NCBI GenBank assembly: GCA_051005375.1
Contig: JBPCJK010000064.1
Span: 1 to 38,219 of the forward strand
Source of the DNA: Acidimicrobiales bacterium
GTDB taxonomy: Bacteria > Actinomycetota > Acidimicrobiia > Acidimicrobiales > CADCSY01
DNA: 38,219 nt
Direction: 5' to 3'
How positions within the stretch are numbered: position 1 is the stretch's first letter; every line of letters begins with the position of its first letter. Shown one piece after another: positions 29,065 through 38,219 of the stretch. The position numbers were made by a program, and so were the translations under genes. The notes under the pieces are model-generated. The model did no database searches. It was not told the origin of the DNA and saw only the letters and a list, made by a program, of their open reading frames with translations.

Positions 29065-30438
29065 TCACAGCAGGGTGGCGGCCATGGTCGCCAGTGGGCT
29101 GCGCTCGCCCTGGGTCAGGCGGATGTGGCCGAAGAGGCGGCCGCCCCGCCCACCGCCCAGAGCGGCGGTCAGGACCGACATGGCGTTGTTGTGGGCGGAG
29201 AGGAACGGTGCGTCGATCTGGCTGGTGTCGCCGGTGAACACCACCTTGGTTCCCTCTGCCGCTCGGGTGAGCACCGTCTTGGCCAGGCTGGGCTCGAGGT
29301 TCTGGGCCTCGTCGAGGAGGACCCAGGTGCTGTGGAGCGATCGGCCCCGAAGGTAGGCCACCGAGTCCATGGTGAGCCGGCCCTCGGAGGAGATCTGGGT
29401 GATGGTCTCGTCGGCTGCGCCCTTGCGCCGACCGTCGCTCATGGCCACCACGGCGTCGTGGATCGCCCCCATCCATGGGTCGAGCTTCTCCTCCCTGGTG
29501 CCTGGGAGGTAGCCAAGCTCTTGGCGGCCGACCGCGACCAGGGGGCGGTAGATCGCCAACCGCTCATAGCCACGCTCGGCGGGGTTGTTCCACACCTGCT
29601 CCAGACCAGCAGCGATGGCCAGGAGGGTCTTGCCAGTGCCGGCGGGCCCATCGAGGGCGACCACGGCGACCTCGGGGTCGAGCAGCAGGTCGAGGGCGAA
29701 GCGCTGCTCGATGTTGCGGGCCTTGAGGTCGAACGCTTCGAGGTGCTGGCGCAACAGGCACAGGCGCTGGCCTCGGCGCCTGACCAGCGCCGACTGATGG
29801 CCGGCGCGCAGCACGCCGAACTCGTTCTCATGGAGCTCGTCGGCGCCGGCGACATCGGCGACCTCCACGCTGCGGTCGGCGAACAGCGCGTCGATCAGGG
29901 CCCCGTCCAGCCCCTCCAGGGTGTGCCACCCCGGCGAGTCGAGGTGGCGGCCGTAGGCCGGCAACGGCACGTACTCCTTGGCCGCCAGGCCGACGTGGGC
30001 GGCCTTGATCCGCAAGGCGGCGTCGTTTGACACCACCTCGACGTGGGCGCCATCGCGCTGGAGGCCGAGGGCGGCACCGATGATGCGGTTGCCGGATTGA
30101 GCGGGATCGAGGTAGTGCTCTGCGAGCAGGGCGTGGTTCACCCCGTTGAGCACTATGGCCAATGTGCCGCCGTGTGCCAGCTTGAGCGGGTCGACCAACG
30201 ACCCCCCGGCGCTGACCCGCAGGGCTTCCACCCCCCGCAGCGCCTCGCGAGCGGTCTGGCCCACGCCATCAGGACGCGCCTTCAGACCGTCGAGCTCCTC
30301 GATGACGGTGAGCGGGATCCTGAGCGCACATCCTTCGAACTGGTGGATGGCGCCGGGATCGGCGACAAGGACCGATGTGTCGAGCACGACGGTCTTGGTG
30401 GGAGCCAGAGCGTCGGAGAACATGGTCGTGGGCGACAT
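29065..30438 (-). CDS. phoH: PIN-domain PhoH family ATPase
   Basis: VVLDTSVL (PIN domain), GPAGTGKT, LGYLPG, RGRS, DEAQN, GDTSQID. Confidence 0.92.
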   Translation of the reverse strand: MSPTTMFSDALAPTKTVVLDTSVLVADPGAIHQFEGCALRIPLTVIEELDGLKARPDGVGQTAREALRGVEALRVSAGGSLVDPLKLAHGGTLAIVLNGVNHALLAEHYLDPAQSGNRIIGAALGLQRDGAHVEVVSNDAALRIKAAHVGLAAKEYVPLPAYGRHLDSPGWHTLEGLDGALIDALFADRSVEVADVAGADELHENEFGVLRAGHQSALVRRRGQRLCLLRQHLEAFDLKARNIEQRFALDLLLDPEVAVVALDGPAGTGKTLLAIAAGLEQVWNNPAERGYERLAIYRPLVAVGRQELGYLPGTREEKLDPWMGAIHDAVVAMSDGRRKGAADETITQISSEGRLTMDSVAYLRGRSLHSTWVLLDEAQNLEPSLAKTVLTRAAEGTKVVFTGDTSQIDAPFLSAHNNAMSVLTAALGGGRGGRLFGHIRLTQGERSPLATMAATLL

Positions 30439-30679
30439 CAGCGGTTCGCTCCTCGCGGTCGGCCGGCCGGGCCAGGTGGCTTCCGCCGGTCACTCCTGGC
30501 GACCGGCTCGGACGGCATCGCCACCACCATTCCAGTCGCTGGGACGGTGGTGGTGGACCGCGACGCGACCAGCTGGCTGGTGCTTTCGTGGGCAAAGACA
30601 AGCGTCGACGTTGCCACCCTGCTCATCCTGCACATCCTGAGTGCCGGGCTGACTTGAGGCCACCCACCACCAACAAACT

Positions 30680-30701
30680 GTTCCCTCACCCTTCATCCGA
30701 G
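30680..30701 (+). promoter_or_regulatory. Possible PHO box (two 11-nt units)
   Basis: GTTCCCTCACC-CTTCATCCGAG resembles the Streptomyces PhoP GTTCACC repeat; upstream of a TAGGTT -10 box (30729-30734) and phoD. Confidence 0.35.
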
Positions 30702-30776
30702 GGACGCTTCGAGGACAGGTTGCCCTCCTAGGTTCCGTCCAGACGAACTGATCGTCGAGATGGACCAGGAGGCGCC

Positions 30777-32354
30777 GTGCCCGGGGAGAACGACAGACCC
30801 TTCGACCGCCGAAAGTTCCTCAAGGCAACGGTGGGGGCCGGGGCCACCGGATTCGTGGTGGTAACGGCTCCCTCGTTCGTCAAGCCCGTCTTCGCAATGG
30901 TCCGTTCGGGCCGACCGTCGGTGACCCACGGCGTGCAGAGCGGCGATGTCACCGACCGCTCTGCGGTGGTGTGGGCCCGGGCCGACCGGCCGGCCCGGAT
31001 GTTGGTCGAGCTGGCAGAGTCGCCATCGTTCTCGGGCGCCCGAAGTTTGCAAGGGCCGTTCACCGACGAATCCCGTGACTTCACCGCCCAACTCCGGCTC
31101 CACGGCCTGGCCGGCGGCCGGGACGTGTTCTACCGGGTGCGTTTCGCCGACCGCAACGACGAGGCGTTGACCAGCGAGCCAGTCGTAGGCCACTTCCGGT
31201 CGGCGCCCACCTCTCGCCGGGACGTCTCCTTCCTGTGGTCGGGTGACACCGCCGGCCAGGGGTGGGGGATCAATCCCGATGCCGGCGGGATGCGCACCTA
31301 CGAGACCATGCGCCAGCTCAGCCCTGACCTGTTCATCCACTCGGGCGACACCATCTATGCCGACGGCCCACTCGCCGAGACCGTCGCACTCCCCGACGGT
31401 GGCACCTGGCACAACGTCGTCACGCTCGAGAAGTCCAAGGTGGCCGAAACGTTGGCCGAGTTCCGGGGCAACTTCCGCTACAACCTCCTCGACCACAACG
31501 TCCGACGCTTCAACGCCGAAGTGCCGGTGCTCGCCCAGTGGGATGACCACGAGACGGCCAACAACTGGTACCCCGGCGAGATCCTCGACGATCCCCGTTA
31601 CACCGTCACTGACGTCGACGTGCTGGCGGCGCGGGCCAACCAGGCTTTCCACGAGTACTTCCCGGTCGGCGAAACCTCCCAGGAGCCGGGCCGGATCTAC
31701 CGCAGGGTCTCATACGGACCGTCGCTGGACGTGTTCCTTATCGACCTGCGCACCTACCGTGGGCCCAACACCGCCAACGACCAGGCCAGGGCGAGTGAGG
31801 TCACCGAAATCCTCGGAGAGGCCCAGCTCGCCTGGCTGCAGCAGGAGCTGCGCGGCTCGAAGGCGACGTGGAAGGCCATCGCCTCCGACCTCCCGATCGG
31901 GCTGATCGTGCCTGACGGCCCCAGCCAGGAGGGCATCGCCCAGGGGCGCCCTGGAGCGCTCGGCCGCGAGCTCGAGATCGCCCGGCTGCTGTCGTCGATC
32001 AAGGCTGACCGCGTCCGCAACGTGGTGTGGTTCACCGCCGACGTCCACTACACCGCCGCCCACCACTACGACCCGGCCCGGGCCACGTTCAGTGACTTCA
32101 CCCCGTTCTGGGAGTTCGTGTCCGGCCCACTCAACGCCGGCACGTTCGGGCCCAACACCCTCGACCCGACCTTCGGGCCCGAGGTCCGCTTCCAGCGGGC
32201 GGCCGATCGCCCCAACCAGCCGCCGACCGACGGGTTGCAGTTCTTCGGCCACGTGGTGATCGACGGTCGGAGCCAGGTCATGACCGTCCGACTGATGGAC
32301 GTCGCCGGCGACGTGCTTCACCGGGTCGAACTCGAACCAGAGGTAAGTGGATGA
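30777..32354 (+). CDS. phoD: Alkaline phosphatase D, Tat-exported
   Basis: DRRKFLK twin-arginine signal, HGVQSGD, HSGDTIYAD, WDDHE, TADVHY; AGGAGG RBS. Confidence 0.95.
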   Translation: MPGENDRPFDRRKFLKATVGAGATGFVVVTAPSFVKPVFAMVRSGRPSVTHGVQSGDVTDRSAVVWARADRPARMLVELAESPSFSGARSLQGPFTDESRDFTAQLRLHGLAGGRDVFYRVRFADRNDEALTSEPVVGHFRSAPTSRRDVSFLWSGDTAGQGWGINPDAGGMRTYETMRQLSPDLFIHSGDTIYADGPLAETVALPDGGTWHNVVTLEKSKVAETLAEFRGNFRYNLLDHNVRRFNAEVPVLAQWDDHETANNWYPGEILDDPRYTVTDVDVLAARANQAFHEYFPVGETSQEPGRIYRRVSYGPSLDVFLIDLRTYRGPNTANDQARASEVTEILGEAQLAWLQQELRGSKATWKAIASDLPIGLIVPDGPSQEGIAQGRPGALGRELEIARLLSSIKADRVRNVVWFTADVHYTAAHHYDPARATFSDFTPFWEFVSGPLNAGTFGPNTLDPTFGPEVRFQRAADRPNQPPTDGLQFFGHVVIDGRSQVMTVRLMDVAGDVLHRVELEPEVSG

Positions 32355-32458
32355 CGCCGTGGCCCTGGCCGCTTCGTCCGTCACAACTCACGTCGGCCGC
32401 CGCCGACTTGCGCCCGCACCTTGACCCGTCCCACCCCTTCCCGACCCTGGAGCCGTTG

Positions 32459-34777
32459 ATGCGCCGCTTGCTCGCCGCCCTCGTGGTGGCCGTGTCCCTG
32501 CCCGTCGTGACCTCGGCCCCACCGGCCGGCGCCGCCCCGACTGAGCTGTTCGCCTCCGAGTACGTGGAGGGCAGCTCGAACAACAAGGCCCTCGAGCTGA
32601 CCAACCCGACGTCCGCACCCGTGGACCTCGCCGCCTCCGGCTACGCCGTGCAGATGTACTTCAACGGCAGCGGGATCGCCGGCCTCACCATCGACCTCAC
32701 CGGGACGGTGGCGCCCGGCGACGCCTTCGTCCTCGCCCAAGCCTCGGCCAACCCGACGGTCCTCGCCCAGGCCGACCAGACCAACGGTTCGGGCTGGTTC
32801 AACGGCGACGACGCCGTGGTGCTGGTGCGCCAGGGCGCGGTGGTGGACTCGATCGGCCAGATCGGCGTCGACCCGGGCAGCCAGTGGGGCACCGGCGACA
32901 CGAGCACGGCCGACAACACACTGCGCCGCAAGGCCGGGGCCGGCCCGGATGCCGACGCCACTGACGCCTTCGACCCGGCCGCGCAGTGGGACGGCTTCCC
33001 CCAGGACACCTTCGACGGGCTCGGCCAGCCGGGCGGTGGCGCAGGAGAGCCCGAGCCGGAACCGGAACCGGATGCCTGCGAGACGCCTGTCTCCCACGAG
33101 ATCGGCGCCGTGCAGGGGGCCGGCACCACCAGCCCGCTCGAGGGCCAGACGGTCACGGTCGAGGGCGTTGTGGTCGGTGACTTCCAGGAACCCGGCCAGC
33201 TCAGCGGTGTCTTCCTCCAGGACGCCGATGGTGACGGTGACGATGCCACTTCCGACGGGATCTTCGCTTTCGACCCCGGCGCCCCCGCGGTCGTCGAGGG
33301 CGACGTGGTCCGGGTCACCGGCGAGGTCGACGAGTACTTCGGCCTCACCGAGATCACCGGCGTGACCGCCATCGGCGACTGCGGCGACACCGAGGTGCCG
33401 GCGCCGACGGTCCTCGACCTGCCGGCCGACGACGGCCAGCGGGAGCGTCTCGAGGGCATGCTTCTCACCTTCACCGAGCCGCTCACCGCGACCGAGACCT
33501 ACACGCTCGCCCGCTTCGGCGAGCTGGTCGTGTCGTCCGACGGCCGGCTGTTCCAACCCACCAACGACGGTGGCGATGACGCCGCCGAGCAGGTCCAGAA
33601 CGACCAGCGCCGTCTGATCATCGACGACGCCAGCACCGTGCAGAACCCCGCCGAGGTTCCCGACGTCGGCGGAGAGGTGATCCGCCTCGGCGACACCGTG
33701 ACCAACGTGGTGGGCGTGCTGAGCTACGGCTTCGACGCCTGGCGGTTGCAGCCGACCGAGGAACCGATGGTCACCCGCACCAACCCCCGGCCGGCGGCGC
33801 CCGACGGCGTCGGCGGCGACGTGGAGGTGGCGAGCTTCAACGTCCTCAACTACTTCACGACCATCGACCAGCCCGGTGCGGTCACCGACGGCGGCCACGA
33901 CCCTCGGGGTGCCGACAGCGCCGAGGAGCTTGAACGACAACGAGCCAAGATCGTGGCCGCCATCGTCAAGCTCGACGCCGAAGTGGTGGGGCTGATGGAA
34001 ATCGAGAACGATGCCGATGACGCCGCCCTCGACGACTTGGTGTCCGCCCTCAACGCCGCCGCCGGCGAGGCACGTTATGTGGCGATCGAGGAGCCCGACA
34101 CCGGCGGGGGGCTGTTCGGCACCGACGCCATCAAGGTGGCGATGATCTACCAGCCCGGCGAGGTCGTGCCCATGGGCGAGGCGACCACCAGCCAGGACGA
34201 CGCCTTCGCCAACGCCCGGCTCCCGCTGGCGCAGCACTTCCGCCCGGCAGAGGGGGGCAAGCCGTTCCTGGTGGTGGTGAACCACTTCAAGTCCAAGGGC
34301 TGCGGCGGGGCGACGGGCGCCAGCGCCGATCAGGGCGACGGTCAGGGCTGCTACAACGCCGACCGGGTCGGCCAGGCCGAGGCGCTGGTGGCGCTGATCG
34401 ACTCCCTCCACGTCCAGGACGTGGCCATCATCGGCGACCTCAACTCCTACGGCGAGGAAGACCCCGTCGACGTCCTCGAGGACGCTGGCTACGTAGACCT
34501 GATCGACGCCCGCCTGGCCGAGGCCGACCAGTACTCCTACGTGTTCGAGGGCCAGGCCGGGTACCTCGACCACGCTCTCGTCACTGCGTCGCTGGCCCGG
34601 CGGGTGACCGGGGTAGACATCTGGCACGTCAACGCCGACGAGGCGCCGTTGCTCGACTACAACACCGAGTTCAACCCCGCAGGGTTCTATGAGCCCGGTC
34701 CGTACCGGTCGTCGGACCACGACCCGGTGCTGGTGGGCCTGGCGGCCCGGCCCGACCAGCACACGCCCCGGGGTTGA
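32459..34777 (+). CDS. ExeM/NucH-family extracellular nuclease (lamin-tail, OB-fold and EEP domains)
   Basis: Signal peptide, SEYVEGSSNNKALE, SFNVLNYF, NHFKSKG, GDLNSY, SSDHDP. Confidence 0.93.
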   Translation: MRRLLAALVVAVSLPVVTSAPPAGAAPTELFASEYVEGSSNNKALELTNPTSAPVDLAASGYAVQMYFNGSGIAGLTIDLTGTVAPGDAFVLAQASANPTVLAQADQTNGSGWFNGDDAVVLVRQGAVVDSIGQIGVDPGSQWGTGDTSTADNTLRRKAGAGPDADATDAFDPAAQWDGFPQDTFDGLGQPGGGAGEPEPEPEPDACETPVSHEIGAVQGAGTTSPLEGQTVTVEGVVVGDFQEPGQLSGVFLQDADGDGDDATSDGIFAFDPGAPAVVEGDVVRVTGEVDEYFGLTEITGVTAIGDCGDTEVPAPTVLDLPADDGQRERLEGMLLTFTEPLTATETYTLARFGELVVSSDGRLFQPTNDGGDDAAEQVQNDQRRLIIDDASTVQNPAEVPDVGGEVIRLGDTVTNVVGVLSYGFDAWRLQPTEEPMVTRTNPRPAAPDGVGGDVEVASFNVLNYFTTIDQPGAVTDGGHDPRGADSAEELERQRAKIVAAIVKLDAEVVGLMEIENDADDAALDDLVSALNAAAGEARYVAIEEPDTGGGLFGTDAIKVAMIYQPGEVVPMGEATTSQDDAFANARLPLAQHFRPAEGGKPFLVVVNHFKSKGCGGATGASADQGDGQGCYNADRVGQAEALVALIDSLHVQDVAIIGDLNSYGEEDPVDVLEDAGYVDLIDARLAEADQYSYVFEGQAGYLDHALVTASLARRVTGVDIWHVNADEAPLLDYNTEFNPAGFYEPGPYRSSDHDPVLVGLAARPDQHTPRG

Positions 34778-35694
34778 CGACGCCTGGGGCCGAGTTGGGC
34801 GACGAGTGGCGGCGCGTGGCGGTGGTGGGCGACGTCGGTCACCCGTCGCCGGAGCTCGACCTCACCGTGGCCGGCCTGGCCCGGGCCTCGGCCGACCGCC
34901 GATTCGACGCCCTCGTCCTGCTGGGGGACAACGTGTACCCCGACGGCGACCCTGCCCTGCTGGAGCGGGCCGTCCTTGTGCCGTTCGCCCCGCTGCTGAG
35001 TTCCGGCGTCCGGCCGCTCGCCGTGCTGGGCAACCACGACGTGGAATCGGGCCATGGCGACGAGATCTCCCAACGCCTGGGCATGCCGGGGCGGTGGTAC
35101 TCCACCACGGTGGGCGAGGCTCTGTTCGTCGGGCTCGACTCCACCCGTCCCGACTGCACCGAGCAGCGGGCGTGGCTGGCCGCCACCCTGGCAGGGAGTG
35201 ACGCCACCTGGGTCGTCGTCGCCCTGCACCACCCGCCCTACTCGGCCGGCTGGCACGGCTCGGAGCGGCGCGTCCGGCGGGCCTTCGTCGCCCTCTTCCG
35301 CCGCTTCGGCGTCGACCTCGTCCTCGCCGGCCACGAGCACGACTACCAGCGCTCGAAGCCGCTGGCGGGGGTGACCTACGTCATCTCCGGTGCCGCCACC
35401 CACCTTCGCCCGACGGGTCGAGCTCGGTTCACCGCCGCATCCCACGCCACCCACCACTTCCTCGATCTGCGGATCTCGGCCGAGCGACTCGAGCTGGTGG
35501 CGGTGGACCATGGTGGGGCCAGCTTCGACGCGGTGGCCCTGGCGCCCCGCCGCCGGGGGAACCCCACATCACGTCGCCGTGGCGGCCTGCTGAGCCGGCG
35601 GGCTCGTTCGGTGTCCAGGGGCGGCCCAGCACTCGGTGGACAGGAGTTCATCCGGCCGCGACCCGAACGCCCACCGGCGGCAACCGGAACGTAA
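34774..35694 (+). CDS. Calcineurin-like metallophosphoesterase
   Basis: GDVG, GDNVY, GNHD, HHPPY, GHEHDY. Confidence 0.9.
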   Translation: MTTPGAELGDEWRRVAVVGDVGHPSPELDLTVAGLARASADRRFDALVLLGDNVYPDGDPALLERAVLVPFAPLLSSGVRPLAVLGNHDVESGHGDEISQRLGMPGRWYSTTVGEALFVGLDSTRPDCTEQRAWLAATLAGSDATWVVVALHHPPYSAGWHGSERRVRRAFVALFRRFGVDLVLAGHEHDYQRSKPLAGVTYVISGAATHLRPTGRARFTAASHATHHFLDLRISAERLELVAVDHGGASFDAVALAPRRRGNPTSRRRGGLLSRRARSVSRGGPALGGQEFIRPRPERPPAATGT

Positions 35695-35718
35695 GGACCG
35701 CTGCATACGGTCCGATCC

Positions 35719-36843
35719 ATGAGAGCCACGACGCACCCCTTTCCCCGCCTGCTCGCCGGCGTGTTGGCAACTGCCATCGTTCTCGGCGCCAGCCCTGCCG
35801 GCGCCGCGCCCGCCCAGGCCAACGGCCTCAAGCCCAAGCAGGACGAGGTCCTGGTGATCGCCCACCGTGGCGCCAGTGGGTACCTGCCCGAACACACGTT
35901 GGCCGCCTATGCCTTGGCCATCGAACAGTGTGCCGACTTCATCGAGCCCGACCTCGTGTCCACCTCCGACGGCGTGCTCGTCGCCCGCCACGAGAACTAG
36001 ATCAGCGGCACGACCGACGTTGCCGGGCACCCCGAGTTCGCTGGTCGCCACAGCACCAAGACCATCGACGGTGTCGCCGTGAGCGGCTGGTTCACCGAGG
36101 ATTTCACCCTGGCCGAGCTGAAGACGCTCAGGGCGGAGGAGCGGATCCCGGAAGTTCGACCCGAGAACGCCACCCATGACGGAGAGTTCCAAGTCCCGAC
36201 CCTGCAGGAGGTGATCGACCTCGCCCGGTCGTCGCGCACCTGCGACGGCAACGTCGTCGGCATCTATCCCGAGACCAAGCACCCCTCCTACTTCGACTCC
36301 ATCGGCCTGTCGATGGAAGAAGAGCTCGTGGCTGTGCTCCACGCCAACCGGTACCGCGGCCCTCGAGCTGCGGTGTTCATCCAGAGCTTCGAGGTCTCGA
36401 ACCTCCAAGAGCTGGCAGGGATGACGCAGCTCCCCCTTGTGCAACTCGTCAACTGCGGTGGCCAGCCCGCCGACTTCGCGGCTGCCGGTGACGATCGGAC
36501 CTACGCCGACCTGGTCACGCCGGCGGGATTGGCCTTCGTGGCCAGCTACGCCGACGGCATCGGCGCCTGCAAGGACGTCCTCATCCCGAGGAACCCCGAC
36601 GGCACGCTCGCCCAGGCGTCGCCCGTGATTGGCGATGCTCACCACGCCGGCCTGCTCGTGCACGGCTGGACCTTCCGCCGCGAGAACCGCTTCCTCCCGG
36701 TCGACTACCGGCGAGGCACCGACCCGAACGCTCCCGGGGACATGGTCGGCGAGGTGCAGGCGTTCCTTGGCGCAGGCATGGACGGCTTCTTCACCGACAA
36801 CCCCGATCTCGGAGCCGAGGCGGCGGAGCCCTTCGGGAGTTGA
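35719..36843 (+). pseudogene. glpQ: Glycerophosphodiester phosphodiesterase with an in-frame TAG at 35998-36000
   Basis: Signal peptide, [44 protein letters not shown], all in one frame. Confidence 0.88.
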
Positions 36844-36915
36844 AGTCGACAGCGACGACGAAGTCCGGCGTTCCTTCCGAGGACGACGAGGGTGCTGGCC
36901 AGGGAAGTACGGCCC

Positions 36916-37776
36916 TCATGCGATCGAGGGTGCCGCGTGGGTGCGGACGTGGTCGAGGATGAGCGCACTCAGCTCGTCGGCGCGAGTCTCGGGGATCCAG
37001 TGGCTCGCCCCGTCCAGCGTCTCGAAGCGATACGGCGCGTCGACCTCGTCTCCTGTGGCCCGCGCCGCAACTGGACCCAGGGCAGTGTCGTTCGTGCTCC
37101 ACACGTAGAGCACCGGCACGGTGATCCGCCCGATGGAGAGGGCGCGTCGGGGGCGCATGGCCCGGTAGTAGTTGAGGGCTGCGGTCATCGCCCCCGGCTG
37201 GAGCATGGAGTCCACGTAGGCGTCAGCCTCGGCGTCGGGGAGCCCCGATCGGCGGAGCAGGCGCCCGAGGAGCGCGCCGTTGCGAGCGGTCATGAGCCGC
37301 TCGGGGATCTGCGGGACCTGGAAGAACCCCAGGTACCACGACCTTGCCAGCTGGGAGCTGCGCCCCAGGGACGACACGAACGCACGCGGGTGCGGGGTCG
37401 ACACCGCCGTCAGGCTGCACAGTCGGTCGGGATGGGCCGACGCCAGGGCCCATGCGATAATGCCTCCCCAGTCGTGGCCGACGAGATGGAAGCGCTTGAC
37501 GCCGAGGCGGTCGGCGATGCCGAGGACGTCGGCGACGAGGTGGTCGACGACGTACTGGCCCACGGCGGTCGGTCGGGCCGTCGCCGCATAGCCCCGCTGG
37601 TCAGGTGCGATGGCACGCAAGCCGACCTCTGCGAAGCGGGCCAGGAAGGGCGACCACACCGCCGATGTCTGCGGAAATCCGTGGAGGAAGACGACCGGAT
37701 CACCGTCGTCGGGTCCTGCGCTGCGGACAGGGAAGGTTGGGTCGCCGAGGCGTACGTCCAACGTGTGCTCAGCCAT
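36916..37776 (-). CDS. Alpha/beta hydrolase (epoxide hydrolase-like)
   Basis: LHGFP, PDQRGY, GHDWGG, LNYYRA, SHWIPE. Confidence 0.92.
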   Translation of the reverse strand: MAEHTLDVRLGDPTFPVRSAGPDDGDPVVFLHGFPQTSAVWSPFLARFAEVGLRAIAPDQRGYAATARPTAVGQYVVDHLVADVLGIADRLGVKRFHLVGHDWGGIIAWALASAHPDRLCSLTAVSTPHPRAFVSSLGRSSQLARSWYLGFFQVPQIPERLMTARNGALLGRLLRRSGLPDAEADAYVDSMLQPGAMTAALNYYRAMRPRRALSIGRITVPVLYVWSTNDTALGPVAARATGDEVDAPYRFETLDGASHWIPETRADELSALILDHVRTHAAPSIA

Positions 37777-37985
37777 GCCAGAGTCCCTACCCGAACCTAC
37801 GCCGCTCTGCATGCAGGTCGACCTTGCCGCCGCTCACGTCCGGTGGTGATTCGGCACCTCAAGGCGTTGAATGACATTGATGGCACTAAATGGCCCGATC
37901 ACGGTGCTGACCCGGACTTTTCGGGCTACTCGAAACGCCACTCTCAACGCCGGTCCGGTCGACGGCGGTGATTGGTCGTTCAGCA

Positions 37986-38029
37986 GTGGGGCTAGCAAGA
38001 ATCGAACTTGCGACCTCATCCTTATCAGG
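37986..38029 (-). repeat. tRNA-Ile(GAT) 3' half (att duplication)
   Basis: CCTGATAAGGATGAGGTCGCAAGTTCGATTCTTGCTAGCCCCAC: anticodon loop to acceptor end; no D-arm or 5' half. Confidence 0.85.
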
Positions 38030-38092
38030 GCGCCAGATGAGGATCCGTGAGTGACCAAAAGTACCTCTGAGCAGGACTTTTGCTGTCCGCTA

Positions 38093-38219
38093 CTAAGGGT
38101 CCCCGCCAAGTTAGACCGCGCGTAGTATCGTGACGGTGTGGAGGTCACGCCGGAGGCGCTCGCGCGATTCTTCGAGGGGACCCTGCCGCACCTGAACGAG
38201 GTGCAGCGACGGGTGGTGG
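38093..38219 (+). mobile_element. ISAzo13-family IS left end with the transposase start (GTG at 38138), truncated by the window
   Basis: MEVTPEALARFFEGTLPHLNEVQRRVV matches the PHLxExQRR N-terminus; TATCGT -10 box 6 nt upstream; exact IS end uncertain. Confidence 0.65.

Noticed and set aside
33047-33070. GAGCC/GAACCG short tandem repeat
   Set aside because: Encodes an ordinary EPEPEPEP inter-domain linker
32381-34762. 793-aa minus-strand ORF and similar long overlapping ORFs (e.g. 11822-13360, 6765-8144, 28834-30030)
   Set aside because: Stop-poor antisense or alternate frames of well-supported genes in high-GC DNA, with no recognisable motifs
35998-36000. Pyrrolysine or recoded TAG
   Set aside because: The position is normally Glu, TAG is used as a true stop in many genes here, and no pyl genes are in the window
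37960-38060. Complete tRNA-Ile gene
   Set aside because: The 5' half (acceptor 5' strand, D-arm, most of the 5' anticodon stem) is absent, so it is treated as an att fragment

Overview
High-GC actinobacterial chromosome segment (gene set resembles Acidimicrobiia; this is an inference). From left to right: (1) the right end of an integrative mobilizable element with a MobF/TrwC relaxase (missing from the ORF track), excisionase, Pro-rich micropeptide plus DUF6338-like membrane protein, and a tyrosine integrase inserted at the 3' end of tRNA-Ala(TGC); (2) an ABC exporter and a cobamide salvage/nucleotide-loop cluster (cbiZ-cobU-cobS-cbiB-cobD, cobO, internally deleted cobQ, cobT); (3) YihY, a peptidase and an Fpg/Nei-YqgE-LigC/Prim-PolC repair locus; (4) a ~17.6 kb segment bounded by two tRNA-Ile 3'-end fragments, carrying two divergent TA modules, an in-frame type III Res::Mod fusion, an ABC-F ATPase, an AbrB / DUF5678 / retropepsin-like module, PIN-PhoH and a phosphate-scavenging operon (phoD, ExeM nuclease, metallophosphoesterase, glpQ with an internal TAG); (5) the start of an ISAzo13-like transposase. 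The best candidates for undescribed systems are the Pro-rich peptide/DUF6338 pair, the AbrB-DUF5678-aspartyl protease module, and the integrase whose C-terminus is encoded by antisense tRNA. Several deletions and frameshifts may be sequencing or assembly artefacts. All family assignments come from motif recognition; no database searches were run.
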